From: an uncultured Solirubrobacterales bacterium
Lineage (GTDB): Bacteria > Actinomycetota > Thermoleophilia > Solirubrobacterales > 70-9
Length of the DNA: 64,000 nt
Direction of reading: 5' to 3'
NCBI GenBank assembly: GCA_963797995.1
Contig: CAWCRP010000009.1
Span: 55,337-119,336 of the forward strand
Shown here: piece after piece, positions 12,338 through 20,396 of the stretch
Numbering within the stretch: position 1 is the first letter of the stretch
Layout: each line of letters opens with the position of its first letter
Position numbers and translations under genes: made by a program
Notes under the pieces: generated by a model
The model's input: the letters and a program-made list of their open reading frames with translations, nothing else
Told to the model about the DNA's origin: nothing
Database searches by the model: none

Positions 12338-14140
12338 TTATTCGCCGTACAGGTCGTCGACCTGTACGGCGTATTTTTCGGCCACGACGTTGCGCTTGAC
12401 CTTCATCGTCGGCGTCAGCTCGCCGTCGGCCTGGGAGAGGTCGCGGGGGAGGATCACGAACTTCTTCACCTGTTCGACCCGGGCGACCTTCTCGTTCACC
12501 TGGTCGATATGCGCCTGGATCGAGGCGCGAAGCGCGGGGTCGGTGGGCAGCGCATCGAGGGCGACCGTATGGCCCTCCCCGTACGTCGCCGCCTCTTCCG
12601 GGTCGAGCGTCAGGAGCGCGATCAGATAGGGGCGGCGGTCGCCGATGACGACGCACTGGGAGACCAGCGGGTGCTGCTTGATCTCCGCCTCGAGGTTGGC
12701 AGGAGTGATGTTCTTGCCGCCCGCGGTGATGATGATGTCCTTCTTGCGGCCGGTGATCTTCACGTAGCCCTCGGAGTCGATCTCGCCGATGTCACCGGTG
12801 TGCAGCCACCCGTCGACGATCGTCTCGCGGGTCGCCTCCTCGTTCTTGTAGTAGCCCTGGAACACGTTCGGGCCCTTGACCAAAATCTCGCCGTCGGAGG
12901 CGATCTTGATCTCACATCCCGGGAACGGGCGGCCGACGGTGCCCCACTTGAAGTCCTCGGCGGTCGAGATCGTCGCCGCGGTCGAGGTCTCGGTCATCCC
13001 CCAGCCCTCGACGATGAGGACGCCGGCGGCGTCGAAGAACTCGAGGATCTCCGGGTTGATCGGCGCCGCACCGGTGACCGCCTGCTTCAGGTTGCCGCCG
13101 AAGAGCGCGCGGATCTTGGACAGCACCTGCTTGTCGGCGAGCTTGTGCTGGAGGGAGAGCACCGGGTTCGGGCGCTTGCCGGCGCGCTCGAGTTCCCGCA
13201 CCTTCTTGCCGACCCCGATCGCCCAGTCGAAGACGGTCTTCTTCAGGCCGCCCTCCTTCGCGACGGCGGACGTCGCGGCCGTGTAGATCTTTTCGAAGAT
13301 GCGCGGGACCGAGGGGAAGTACGTGGGCTTCACCTCGGAGAGGTTGGGGACGATCTTCAGCGGGTCGCGCTCCCAGTAGGCGAGGGTGCCGCCGACCGCG
13401 AAGCTGAGGAACTGGATCAGGAGCGCGAACGAGTGCGCGAGCGGTAGGAAGAGGTAGGTGACCTCGCCCTTCTCGAGCGTGTCGACGCCCAGCGCCATGT
13501 CGCACATCGAGCGGTAGTTCCCGTGCGAGATCACGCAGCCCTTCGGCGGCCCGGTGGTGCCTGAGGTGTAGATGAAGGTGCAGATGTCGTCGGCGGTGAC
13601 CGATCGCCAGCGCTCCTCCCAGTCGGATCGCGGCCTCTCGGAGCCGCGGTCGCGCAGGTTCTGCGTCGTCAAGGCGTCGCTCGAGTCGCCGGTCATGCGG
13701 ACGACGTGCTCGAGCATCGGGCACAGGTCCCGGATCGCACGCACCTTCGCCATCTGCTCGTCGTCCTCGACGATGACGACCTTCGCGTCCGAGTTCTCGA
13801 GCACGTACTGGCACTCCTCGGCCGAGTTCGTCTGGTAGATCGGCACGACCGTCGCGCCCGCGGTGAGCGCCGCGAAGTCGAAGTAGGTCCACTCCGCGCG
13901 GGTGTTCGAGAGGATCGCGACCTTGTCGCCCTTCTCGACTCCCAGGTCGATCAGCCCGAGCGAGAGCTTCGCGACGATCTCGCCGACCTCGTCGTAGCTC
14001 TTCGAGACCCAGTTGCCGCTGTCGTCCTTGAAGCGGACGGCGGCATGCGACCCGTGATCGGCGACCGCCACGGGCAGCAGGTCCGCAATTGTCCGTGCAT
14101 CGGTCTGGTGTTTCACCGCGCTCGCGGTTGCCGCTTCCAT
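12338..14140 (-). CDS. Long-chain fatty-acid--CoA ligase (AMP-dependent synthetase)
   Basis: AMP-binding motif YTSGTTGPPKG, GWLHTGD and the C-terminal TPTMKVKR. Intact 600-aa ORF. Confidence 0.85.
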   Translation of the reverse strand: MEAATASAVKHQTDARTIADLLPVAVADHGSHAAVRFKDDSGNWVSKSYDEVGEIVAKLSLGLIDLGVEKGDKVAILSNTRAEWTYFDFAALTAGATVVPIYQTNSAEECQYVLENSDAKVVIVEDDEQMAKVRAIRDLCPMLEHVVRMTGDSSDALTTQNLRDRGSERPRSDWEERWRSVTADDICTFIYTSGTTGPPKGCVISHGNYRSMCDMALGVDTLEKGEVTYLFLPLAHSFALLIQFLSFAVGGTLAYWERDPLKIVPNLSEVKPTYFPSVPRIFEKIYTAATSAVAKEGGLKKTVFDWAIGVGKKVRELERAGKRPNPVLSLQHKLADKQVLSKIRALFGGNLKQAVTGAAPINPEILEFFDAAGVLIVEGWGMTETSTAATISTAEDFKWGTVGRPFPGCEIKIASDGEILVKGPNVFQGYYKNEEATRETIVDGWLHTGDIGEIDSEGYVKITGRKKDIIITAGGKNITPANLEAEIKQHPLVSQCVVIGDRRPYLIALLTLDPEEAATYGEGHTVALDALPTDPALRASIQAHIDQVNEKVARVEQVKKFVILPRDLSQADGELTPTMKVKRNVVAEKYAVQVDDLYGE

Positions 14141-14162
14141 AAGTGGAAAGCTACCGGGGGTA

Positions 14163-15566
14163 ATGGATTCCGGGTATCTCCGCTACCGGGTGCTGTGGCC
14201 GCTGGTGCCGGCGATGGCGATGGTGATGATCGACTTCACGATCGTCAGCATCTCCGCCACGACGATCCAGCAGGATCTCGGCCTGTCGGAGACGGGCGCC
14301 CAGTGGCTGGTGACGGGCTACGCGCTGTCGACCGCCGCATTCGTCGCCCTCGGCGGCCGCCTCGGCGACATCATCGGCCACCGCCGGATCGTCGTCACGG
14401 GCATCGTCATCTTCGCCGTCAGCTCGTTGATGTGCGGCCTCGTCCCGGAGACGGGGATCGCCGAGAGCTGGCTGATCGTCTTCCGCGTGCTGCAGGGCCT
14501 CGGCGGCGCCCTCCTGATCCCATCGGCGACCGTCCTCGTGCTCAACTCGTTCCCGCCCGGCGAACGCGGAAAAGGCCTCGCCGTCTTCTTCATCGTCGCC
14601 GGGCTCTTCACGGCGATCGGGCCCATCGCCGGCTCCTACCTGACCGAGTTCTGGACCTGGAGGGCGATCTTCTGGATCAACGTACCGGTCGCGCTGCTGG
14701 CGCTCGCGGAGCTCCGCTTCGTCCACCTCGCCGACACGAAGCATCCGGCGCCGGTCGACTGGCGCGGGACGTTCCTCATCGTCGCCGGGATGGCGCTCTC
14801 GGTGCTCGGGATCCAGCAATCGACCGTGTGGGGCTGGGGCGATCCGGCCACGGTCGGCTCGATCGTCGCCGGCGTCCTGCTCCTGGTCGCGTTCGTCGCC
14901 GTCGAGCGCCGGACCGAGAACCCGCTGATCGACGTCCGGGCGTTGACGGCCAATAGGCCCTTCGCCATCGACAACGTGCTCACGTTCCTGGTCTTCGGCC
15001 CCTGGCTCGGCGTCTTCTTCTTCGGCAGCGTCTACTTCCAGGTCGCCGTCGGGCAGGCGCCGACGCAGGCCGGATTCTCGATCCTGACGATGTTCTATTC
15101 CTTCTTCGTCGCCTCCCGCATCGGCGGAGGGTGGATGGACAAGGGCGGTGCGAAGCGGCCGGTGGTCATCGGCTTCCTCGCCGGCGCGATCGGGATGGTG
15201 GTCTGGGCGCAACAGCTCACGGAGCTCAGCCACCCGTCGACGGTCGCCGGGATGCTGATCACCGGCGCCGGGTTCGGCCTCGTCCTCTCACCGCTCAACA
15301 CCGATGCGCTCAACAGGGTGCCGGACGCGATCCGCGGCCAAGCGTCCGGGATCACGCAGACCTTCCGCAACTTCGGCTCGGCCCTCGGCATGGCGGTCAT
15401 GGGCACGATCGTCGCCGGCGCCACCGATCTCACCGGACGCGCGGGCGCCCAGGACTTCGCCGACGCGATGGAGAAGGCGTTCTACGTCGGCGCGGGGATG
15501 CTCGCCGTGGGATTCGTGATCGCCCGCCTGTTCATGGCGGAGGGCAAGCAGGACGCGATCGAGTAG
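14163..15566 (+). CDS. MFS transporter, DHA2 (EmrB/QacA-like, 14-TM type)
   Basis: LDFTIV-type N-terminal motif (MIDFTIVSISATTIQQDLGLS), GGRLGDIIGHRR (MFS motif A) and many hydrophobic segments. Confidence 0.8.
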   Translation: MDSGYLRYRVLWPLVPAMAMVMIDFTIVSISATTIQQDLGLSETGAQWLVTGYALSTAAFVALGGRLGDIIGHRRIVVTGIVIFAVSSLMCGLVPETGIAESWLIVFRVLQGLGGALLIPSATVLVLNSFPPGERGKGLAVFFIVAGLFTAIGPIAGSYLTEFWTWRAIFWINVPVALLALAELRFVHLADTKHPAPVDWRGTFLIVAGMALSVLGIQQSTVWGWGDPATVGSIVAGVLLLVAFVAVERRTENPLIDVRALTANRPFAIDNVLTFLVFGPWLGVFFFGSVYFQVAVGQAPTQAGFSILTMFYSFFVASRIGGGWMDKGGAKRPVVIGFLAGAIGMVVWAQQLTELSHPSTVAGMLITGAGFGLVLSPLNTDALNRVPDAIRGQASGITQTFRNFGSALGMAVMGTIVAGATDLTGRAGAQDFADAMEKAFYVGAGMLAVGFVIARLFMAEGKQDAIE

Positions 15567-15594
15567 CGCGCCCGAGTCGGTTGTCGGGTGCGTC

Positions 15595-15783
15595 CTAGGC
15601 GGCGGTTTGCGGCTGCTTCGCGGTCTCGCCCATGCGGCGGAGATTCGAAACGAAGAGCGTCTTGTCGATGCGACCGTTGAAGATCGGAACCCCCATCTCC
15701 ATGCACTTGGAGATCACATCCCGCCGCTCCATCTTGACTTCGTCGGCGAGCTCGGTCGGGGTCAGGTGATTCGCCACTGGCAC
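15595..15783 (-). CDS. Small (60-62 aa) helix-turn-helix-like protein, function unknown
   Basis: An AAGGAG RBS lies upstream, and GTG at 15777 has better spacing than GTG at 15783. LTPTELADEVKMERRDVISKCMEMGVPIFNG resembles an IF2_N or excisionase-type HTH. The family is not securely recognised. Confidence 0.45.
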   Translation of the reverse strand: MPVANHLTPTELADEVKMERRDVISKCMEMGVPIFNGRIDKTLFVSNLRRMGETAKQPQTAA

Positions 15784-15855
15784 TCTCCTTCATCGCTTGC
15801 GAAGTGAAGGGGAGTCTTATCGCTGCGCCCGGACATGTCAATAAAAAATCCATCA

Positions 15856-15941
15856 ATACCGAACGTTCCGCCCGTCTCCTCGGAATACCGAACGTTCCGC
15901 CCGCCTCCTCGGGCTTCGCCCTCCGGGGACGGCCGGGTCAG
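15856..15941 (+). repeat. GC-rich palindromic intergenic repeat, copy D (long form)
   Basis: The sequence ataccgaacgttccgcccgtctcctcggaataccgaacgttccgcccgcctcctcgggcttcgccctccggggacggccgggtcag is nearly identical to copies C and F. Confidence 0.85.
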
Positions 15942-15944
15942 CCG

Positions 15945-16703
15945 TCAGACGGGGTTTGGCACGTCTATGAAGGTGTGCTGCACGTCGAACCGTTCGGCGA
16001 TCAGCTCGCCGAGGCGGCGGATGCCGAAGGTCTCGGTCGCGTAGTGGCCCGCGGCGATGAAGTGGACGCCTCCCTCGCGTGCGTCCGCCATCGCGTGCTC
16101 GGCCGGCTCGCCGGTGAGCAGCGCGTCGAGGCCGAGCCGGACGGCGGAGTGGATCTCGGAGGCTCCGGCGCCCGAGAGGATGCCGACCGTGAATACGCGT
16201 GGTGGGCCGTTGTCGAAAACGAGCGGCTTCTGCCCGACGAGTCCCTCGACCGCGGCGAACAGGTCTGCGGCCGCGATTCCCTCCTCGCTCTCGCCGACGA
16301 TTCCCACCTCGCGGCCGCGGACGGAGGCGAAGCCGCCCGCCGGCTCGAGTCCGAGCCCCTTCGCGAGCAGGGCGTTGTTGCCGATCTCCTCGTGAGCGTC
16401 GAGGGGGAGGTGGTAGCCCGCGACCGAAAGACCTGATTCGAGCGCCACCCGCAGCCGGGCGGCCATCTGCTCACTGAGCGCCCGCGGGTGGAAGTCCCAG
16501 AAGAGACCGTGGTGGGCGAGAAGCATCTGGGCGCCGAGGTCGCGCGCCGCCTCGATCAGCTCGAGGTGCGCCGAGACTCCCGTCGCCACCCTCGTCACCT
16601 CCTCGGCGCCCGGGACCTGCAGCCCGTTGGGCCCGTAGTCGTCGAAGGAGTGGGTCTCGAGGAGCTCGTCGCAGAAGGCGATGATCTCTTCGCGGCGGGC
16701 CAT
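15945..16703 (-). CDS. Nif3-like dinuclear metal centre protein (YbgI/GTP cyclohydrolase I type 2 homologue)
   Basis: MARREEIIAFCDELL...DDYGPNGLQV at the N-terminus, with a His-rich metal-site context (LLAHHGLFW and AGHYATE). Confidence 0.75.
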   Translation of the reverse strand: MARREEIIAFCDELLETHSFDDYGPNGLQVPGAEEVTRVATGVSAHLELIEAARDLGAQMLLAHHGLFWDFHPRALSEQMAARLRVALESGLSVAGYHLPLDAHEEIGNNALLAKGLGLEPAGGFASVRGREVGIVGESEEGIAAADLFAAVEGLVGQKPLVFDNGPPRVFTVGILSGAGASEIHSAVRLGLDALLTGEPAEHAMADAREGGVHFIAAGHYATETFGIRRLGELIAERFDVQHTFIDVPNPV

Positions 16704-16720
16704 GCGCCCGCCAATCTACG

Positions 16721-16990
16721 ATGTCCGCGATGGCGACCGATCAGACCCGCTCCGAGGCGGCCGGCGGCGAGTTCCTCGAATCGCTGATGGACACGGAGCT
16801 CTACTCGATCGGCGCCTTCTTCTGTGACGAGCACCCGGACCTCGTCGAAGAGGTAGTCGCGCGCAGCGAGGAGATCGAGCGGCGCGGCCTGATCGGCTAC
16901 GCCAAGGAGGGCGACGCATCGCTCGAGGAGACGTTCGAGACCCTGCTCACCGGGATCGCGGTCCGCTACTACAAGGCCGTCGCCGGGTGA
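16721..16990 (+). CDS. Hypothetical acidic protein (89 aa)
   Basis: Intact ORF with coding-like GC3. No recognised motif. Confidence 0.4.
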   Translation: MSAMATDQTRSEAAGGEFLESLMDTELYSIGAFFCDEHPDLVEEVVARSEEIERRGLIGYAKEGDASLEETFETLLTGIAVRYYKAVAG

Positions 16991-16994
16991 GCCG

Positions 16995-17675
16995 TTGAGC
17001 CCATGGGTGCCCCGGGTGCTGCTCGCGCTCGGGGTGATCGCGGTCGTCGCGACGGTGGTCTCGATCTCGGTCGGCGAGGGCGGGCCGGGCGAGTCGCAGG
17101 ACGTCGGCGGCGTGAACGACGTCCAGCGGTTGCTCGGCGGGATCTTCCAGGACGACGACGGCCTCGGTCCCGAGGACGCCGAGGTGACGATCGCCGTCTT
17201 CAACGACCTCCAATGCGATCCATGCGCGGACTTCCAGCTCGAGACGGTCGATCCGCTGATCGAGGAGTACGCGCGCACGGACGAGGCCCGGTTCGAGTTC
17301 CACCACTACTCGTTCTCCGAGCACGAGACGACGCTGGCGGCGATCGGCGCGGAGGCGGCAGGAGCGCAGGAGCGACAGTGGCAGTACGTCGACACCTTCT
17401 ATCGCAACCTCGATCTCGCCGGCCGCCAAGGCGTCGACGAGGACCTCCTCACGGAGATCGCCGCCGCGATCCCGGAGCTCGAGCTCGAGCTCTGGGAGGA
17501 GGACTTCGACGACCCGGCCAGCGAGGAACGCGTCCGCGACGACGCCATCCTCGCCGCGGAGCTCGAGCTGCCCGCCCAGCCTGCCGTGGTCGTCAGCGGG
17601 CCGCAGGGGCAGCGCGAGCTGATCGCGACCCCGTCGATGGAGGACATCGAGGCGGCCATCGAGGAGGTCGGTTAG
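16995..17675 (+). CDS. DsbA-family thiol:disulfide oxidoreductase, membrane-anchored
   Basis: N-terminal TM segment (VLLALGVIAVVATVV) and the thioredoxin-fold CxxC motif in VFNDLQCDPCADF. Confidence 0.7.
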   Translation: MSPWVPRVLLALGVIAVVATVVSISVGEGGPGESQDVGGVNDVQRLLGGIFQDDDGLGPEDAEVTIAVFNDLQCDPCADFQLETVDPLIEEYARTDEARFEFHHYSFSEHETTLAAIGAEAAGAQERQWQYVDTFYRNLDLAGRQGVDEDLLTEIAAAIPELELELWEEDFDDPASEERVRDDAILAAELELPAQPAVVVSGPQGQRELIATPSMEDIEAAIEEVG

Positions 17676-18472
17676 CTCGGCTTCTCGGCTTGATCGGCCG
17701 CCGAGTGGGCGGAGATCATCCTCCCGAGGCGGTGGGTGAGGACCACGAGCAGGACCATCACCAGCGCGCCGGCCCACAGCAGCGGATCGGTGGGGGAGAG
17801 CTCCTCGAGCCGGCTCCCGAGGTAGACGAAGATGGCCGTCAGCGGGATGTAGCCCACGAAGGTCGTCCACGTGAAGCGCCAGACCGGGACGCGAGCCGCG
17901 CCGGCGACGTAGCTGAAGAGGCTGAAGGGGATGATCGGGACCAGCCGCATCGCGAGCAGCAGGGTCACGCCGCCGCGCTCGGCGATCCGCTCGCCGCGCT
18001 CGAAGCGCCCGCGGCCGATGAACCGGTAGAGGACCGGACGGGCGGCGTAGCGCCCGATCCAGTACGCGACCCAGGCGTTGACCAGCCAGACGGCCATCAC
18101 CATCGGTAGCGCGACGTGGAAGTCCCAGACGAAGCCCACGGCCGCGTCGAGGATCTCGGCCGGGTACCAGACGAACGCGTGGATGAGGCCGAGCGCGAGT
18201 ACCAGCAGCGCGCCGTCGAAGCCGAGGCCCCGGAGGTCGGTGCGGAGCTCGTCCGTATCGCCGGTGATCGCGTCGGAGAACGCATCGCCGAGCGGGTCGA
18301 CGAGGACGACCAAGAGGGCGAGGACGGCGGCGCCGGCGAGCGCGACGCCGAACGCGGCAAGCGCCGACGGCCCCTGCCGATCCGCCTCGGCCTCCGCCGC
18401 CTCCGGCTCCCGCTCCATCGTCCTTTGAGTATGCCCGGCGGCGTCCACCGCGCCGCGCCGTCGTTTCGCCAT
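17672..18472 (-). CDS. TVP38/TMEM64 (DedA-related) membrane protein
   Basis: LLAMRLVPIIPFSLFSYVAGAARVPVWRFTWTTFVGYIPLT is typical of the SNARE-associated/TVP38 family. Confidence 0.7.
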   Translation of the reverse strand: MAKRRRGAVDAAGHTQRTMEREPEAAEAEADRQGPSALAAFGVALAGAAVLALLVVLVDPLGDAFSDAITGDTDELRTDLRGLGFDGALLVLALGLIHAFVWYPAEILDAAVGFVWDFHVALPMVMAVWLVNAWVAYWIGRYAARPVLYRFIGRGRFERGERIAERGGVTLLLAMRLVPIIPFSLFSYVAGAARVPVWRFTWTTFVGYIPLTAIFVYLGSRLEELSPTDPLLWAGALVMVLLVVLTHRLGRMISAHSAADQAEKPS

Positions 18473-18485
18473 ACTTGGGACGTCT

Positions 18486-18559
18486 CGGGGCGTGGCGCAG
18501 CCTGGTAGCGCGCACCGTTCGGGTCGGTGAGGTCCCCGGTTCGAATCCGGGCGCCCCGA
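18486..18559 (+). tRNA. tRNA-Pro (anticodon CGG)
   Basis: Hand-folded cloverleaf. The acceptor cggggcg pairs with cgccccg, the D arm is gcgc-agcctggta-gcgc, and the anticodon arm is caccg-ttCGGgt-cggtg. The T arm is cccgg-ttcgaat-ccggg, the discriminator is A, and no CCA is encoded. Confidence 0.93.
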
Positions 18560-18560
18560 T

Positions 18561-18614
18561 ATACAAACGTTCCGTCCGCCTCCTCCGCTTCGCGTCCGGG
18601 GGCGGACGGGTCAG
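18561..18614 (+). repeat. GC-rich palindromic intergenic repeat, copy E (short form)
   Basis: The sequence atacaaacgttccgtccgcctcctccgcttcgcgtccgggggcggacgggtcag starts 2 nt after the tRNA-Pro 3' end. Confidence 0.8.
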
Positions 18615-18633
18615 CTGGCGGGATGGCGCTACG

Positions 18634-19125
18634 TCAACTGTGCGAGTGCGGCTTGCCGGCTAGCAGCTTGAGCGCGTGGGGGATCGCGTCGGCTACTCCG
18701 GCGCCGGCCTGATCGATCGACTCCGGGCGGCCGGGGAAGTTGACGATCAGCGTTCGCCCGCGGGTCCCGGCGACGCCGCGCGAGACCATCCAGAGCTTGA
18801 CGTGCTCGCGTGACGCCCCGCGCATCGCCTCGGCGAGCCCGGGCGCCTCACGATCGATCACGTCGCGGGTCGCCTCCGGGGTCACGTCGGACGGGGCGAA
18901 GCCGGTGCCGCCCGTGGTCAGGATCAGCTCGCAGCCGCCCTCGTCCGCCCACCAGCGCAGCCGCCCGGCGATCAGCTCGCGCTCGTCGGGGATCACCTCC
19001 GTCTCGACGACCTCGGCGCCGACACGCTCCGCGAACGCGGCCAGCGCCGGGCCGCTCTCGTCCTCGCCGCCGTCGCGAGCCCGCGAGGTCGAGATCGTGA
19101 GCACGGCCGCTCGCGGCGCGCTCAC
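18634..19125 (-). CDS. mog: Molybdopterin adenylyltransferase MogA/MoaB family
   Basis: AVLTISTSRA...ELILTTGGTGFAPSDVTPEAT matches MoCF_biosynth domain motifs. The start overlaps the moaE-moaC stop by 4 nt. Confidence 0.85.
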   Translation of the reverse strand: MSAPRAAVLTISTSRARDGGEDESGPALAAFAERVGAEVVETEVIPDERELIAGRLRWWADEGGCELILTTGGTGFAPSDVTPEATRDVIDREAPGLAEAMRGASREHVKLWMVSRGVAGTRGRTLIVNFPGRPESIDQAGAGVADAIPHALKLLAGKPHSHS

Positions 19126-19955
19126 GACTCCGGCTCCCAGGTTCCCGAGCGCCCGCCGGACTTATGGGTGAGGCGGACGGACTCGACGGTCACGCCGCGC
19201 TCGATCCCCTTGACCATGTCGTAGACGGTCAGAGCGGCGACCGCGCATGCGGTCATCGCCTCCATCTCGATTCCCGTCTTCGCCGTCGTCCCGGCTTCGG
19301 CGATCAACCTGACGACCCCGGCAGCCGCATCCACGGTGCCCTCGACCTCGATGTGATCGATCGGGATCGTGTGGCAGAGCGGGATCAGCTCCGCAGTCCT
19401 CTTCGCCGCCCCGATCCCGGCGAGGCGGGCTGTGCCGAGGACGTCTCCCTTGGGGGCATCGCCGGCGGCGACGGCGGCCGCGGTCGCAGGCGACATTCGC
19501 ACGCTCGCCTCGGCCCTCGCGCGGCGGGCCGTCTCCGGCTTGGCGCTCACGTCGACCATGCGGGCGTTGCCGGCCGCGTCGAGGTGTGTCAGCCCGGGGG
19601 GCGAGTCGAGCGGCGGCAGGACGCCCTCGACGGGAGTCCGCTCGCCGCCGTCGACCTCCACCTTCCAGATCGGTGCCTCCGCCTTGATCCTGTCGATCGC
19701 CTCGCGGGCGCCGGCGAAAGCCTCGCCGCGGTGGGCCGCGGACACGGCGACGACCACGCTGGGCTCCGAGAGCGGCACCGCGCCGGTCCGGTGCTCGCCC
19801 GCAGCGGCCTCCAGCCCGTGCTTGGCGACGCACTCGCCGAGGATCGTTTCGATCCGCTCGGCGGCCATCTCCGCGTAGGCCTCATAAGAGAGCTCGTCGA
19901 CGTCGCGGGTCGTCCCGCAGAACACCACCGTCGCCCCGGCGCCGCTGCGGCTCAC
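19122..19955 (-). CDS. moaE-moaC: In-frame fusion of molybdopterin synthase catalytic subunit (MoaE) and cyclic pyranopterin monophosphate synthase (MoaC)
   Basis: The N-terminal half has GATVVFCGTTRD...HRTGAVPLSEPSVVVAVSAAHRGEAF...PIWKVE (MoaE). The C-terminal half has MVDVSAKPET...KGDVLGTARLAGIGAAKRTAELIPLCH...KTGIEMEAMTA...YDMVK...KSGGRSG (MoaC). Both sit in one uninterrupted ORF. Confidence 0.85.
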   Translation of the reverse strand: MSRSGAGATVVFCGTTRDVDELSYEAYAEMAAERIETILGECVAKHGLEAAAGEHRTGAVPLSEPSVVVAVSAAHRGEAFAGAREAIDRIKAEAPIWKVEVDGGERTPVEGVLPPLDSPPGLTHLDAAGNARMVDVSAKPETARRARAEASVRMSPATAAAVAAGDAPKGDVLGTARLAGIGAAKRTAELIPLCHTIPIDHIEVEGTVDAAAGVVRLIAEAGTTAKTGIEMEAMTACAVAALTVYDMVKGIERGVTVESVRLTHKSGGRSGTWEPES

Positions 19956-20268
19956 GGCCGCGGCGAGGGCATCGATCGAAATGCGGTTCGTCGGTCACCC
20001 GGGCGTGGACCGTCGCCGCTTCGCCGCCGCTCACCGGGAGGACGAGCGCGAGCTCGTCACCGGCGGCCACCGGCGCGTCCGAATCCACGTACTCACGGTT
20101 GAGCGCGGCGCGCACGGGCATCCGCTCGAGGATCTCGCCGAGCCCCGGCTCGCGCGCCGCTGCGGCGAGCACGTCGGCGACGGTCGAGCCCTCGCCGACC
20201 TCGAGCGTGAGCGTGTCACGACCGGCACGCTCACGAAAGACGGCGAAGAGCCTGACTTCAACCTGCAT
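19882..20268 (-). CDS. moaD: MoaD (ThiS-fold sulfur carrier) reading through its GG into the MoaE N-terminus; one frame break before the moaE-moaC ORF
   Basis: MQVEVRLFAVFRERAG...GDELALVLPVSGG is a typical MoaD ending in GG, with the domain at about 20023..20268. No stop follows, and EAATVHARVTDEP continues. The MoaE-like ISIDALAAAVS lies in the frame of ORF 19122..19955. Confidence 0.75.
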   Translation of the reverse strand: MQVEVRLFAVFRERAGRDTLTLEVGEGSTVADVLAAAAREPGLGEILERMPVRAALNREYVDSDAPVAAGDELALVLPVSGGEAATVHARVTDEPHFDRCPRRGREPQRRRGDGGVLRDDPRRRRALL

Positions 20269-20311
20269 CGGTCAAAGCCTATGACCAGGCTCCCCGCCGG
20301 GGGTCTGGCGC

Positions 20312-20396
20312 CTGACCCGACCGCCCCCGGAGGGCGAAGCCCGAGGAGGCGGGCGGAACGTTCGGTATTCCGAGGAGGCGGGCGGAACGTATGTAT
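20312..20396 (-). repeat. GC-rich palindromic intergenic repeat, copy F (long form)
   Basis: The reverse complement reads acgttccgcccgcctcctcggaataccgaacgttccgcccgcctcctcgggcttcgccctccgggggcggtcgggtcag. It fills the gap between the moeA stop (20397) and the moaD start (20268). Confidence 0.85.

Noticed and set aside
18486-18634. A genomic island or integrative element at tRNA-Pro.
   Set aside because: No integrase, recombinase or phage-like gene lies on either side. I saw no second copy of the tRNA 3' end in the window. The flanking genes are ordinary core-type genes.
20269-20396. Possible Moco riboswitch in the moaD leader (a CCTCC...GGGC...GCCC-type GC-rich structure just upstream of a molybdenum cofactor operon).
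   Set aside because: The same element occurs at five other loci unrelated to molybdenum (surE, the sulfatase, nif3 and tRNA-Pro neighbourhoods) and in both orientations. It is therefore a dispersed repeat, not a gene-specific riboswitch. I also could not match the remembered Moco consensus convincingly.
12257-20396. CRISPR-like appearance of the tandem ~30-nt head units in repeat copies C, D and F.
   Set aside because: There are only two directly adjacent units per locus, no unique spacers between them and no cas genes in the window.
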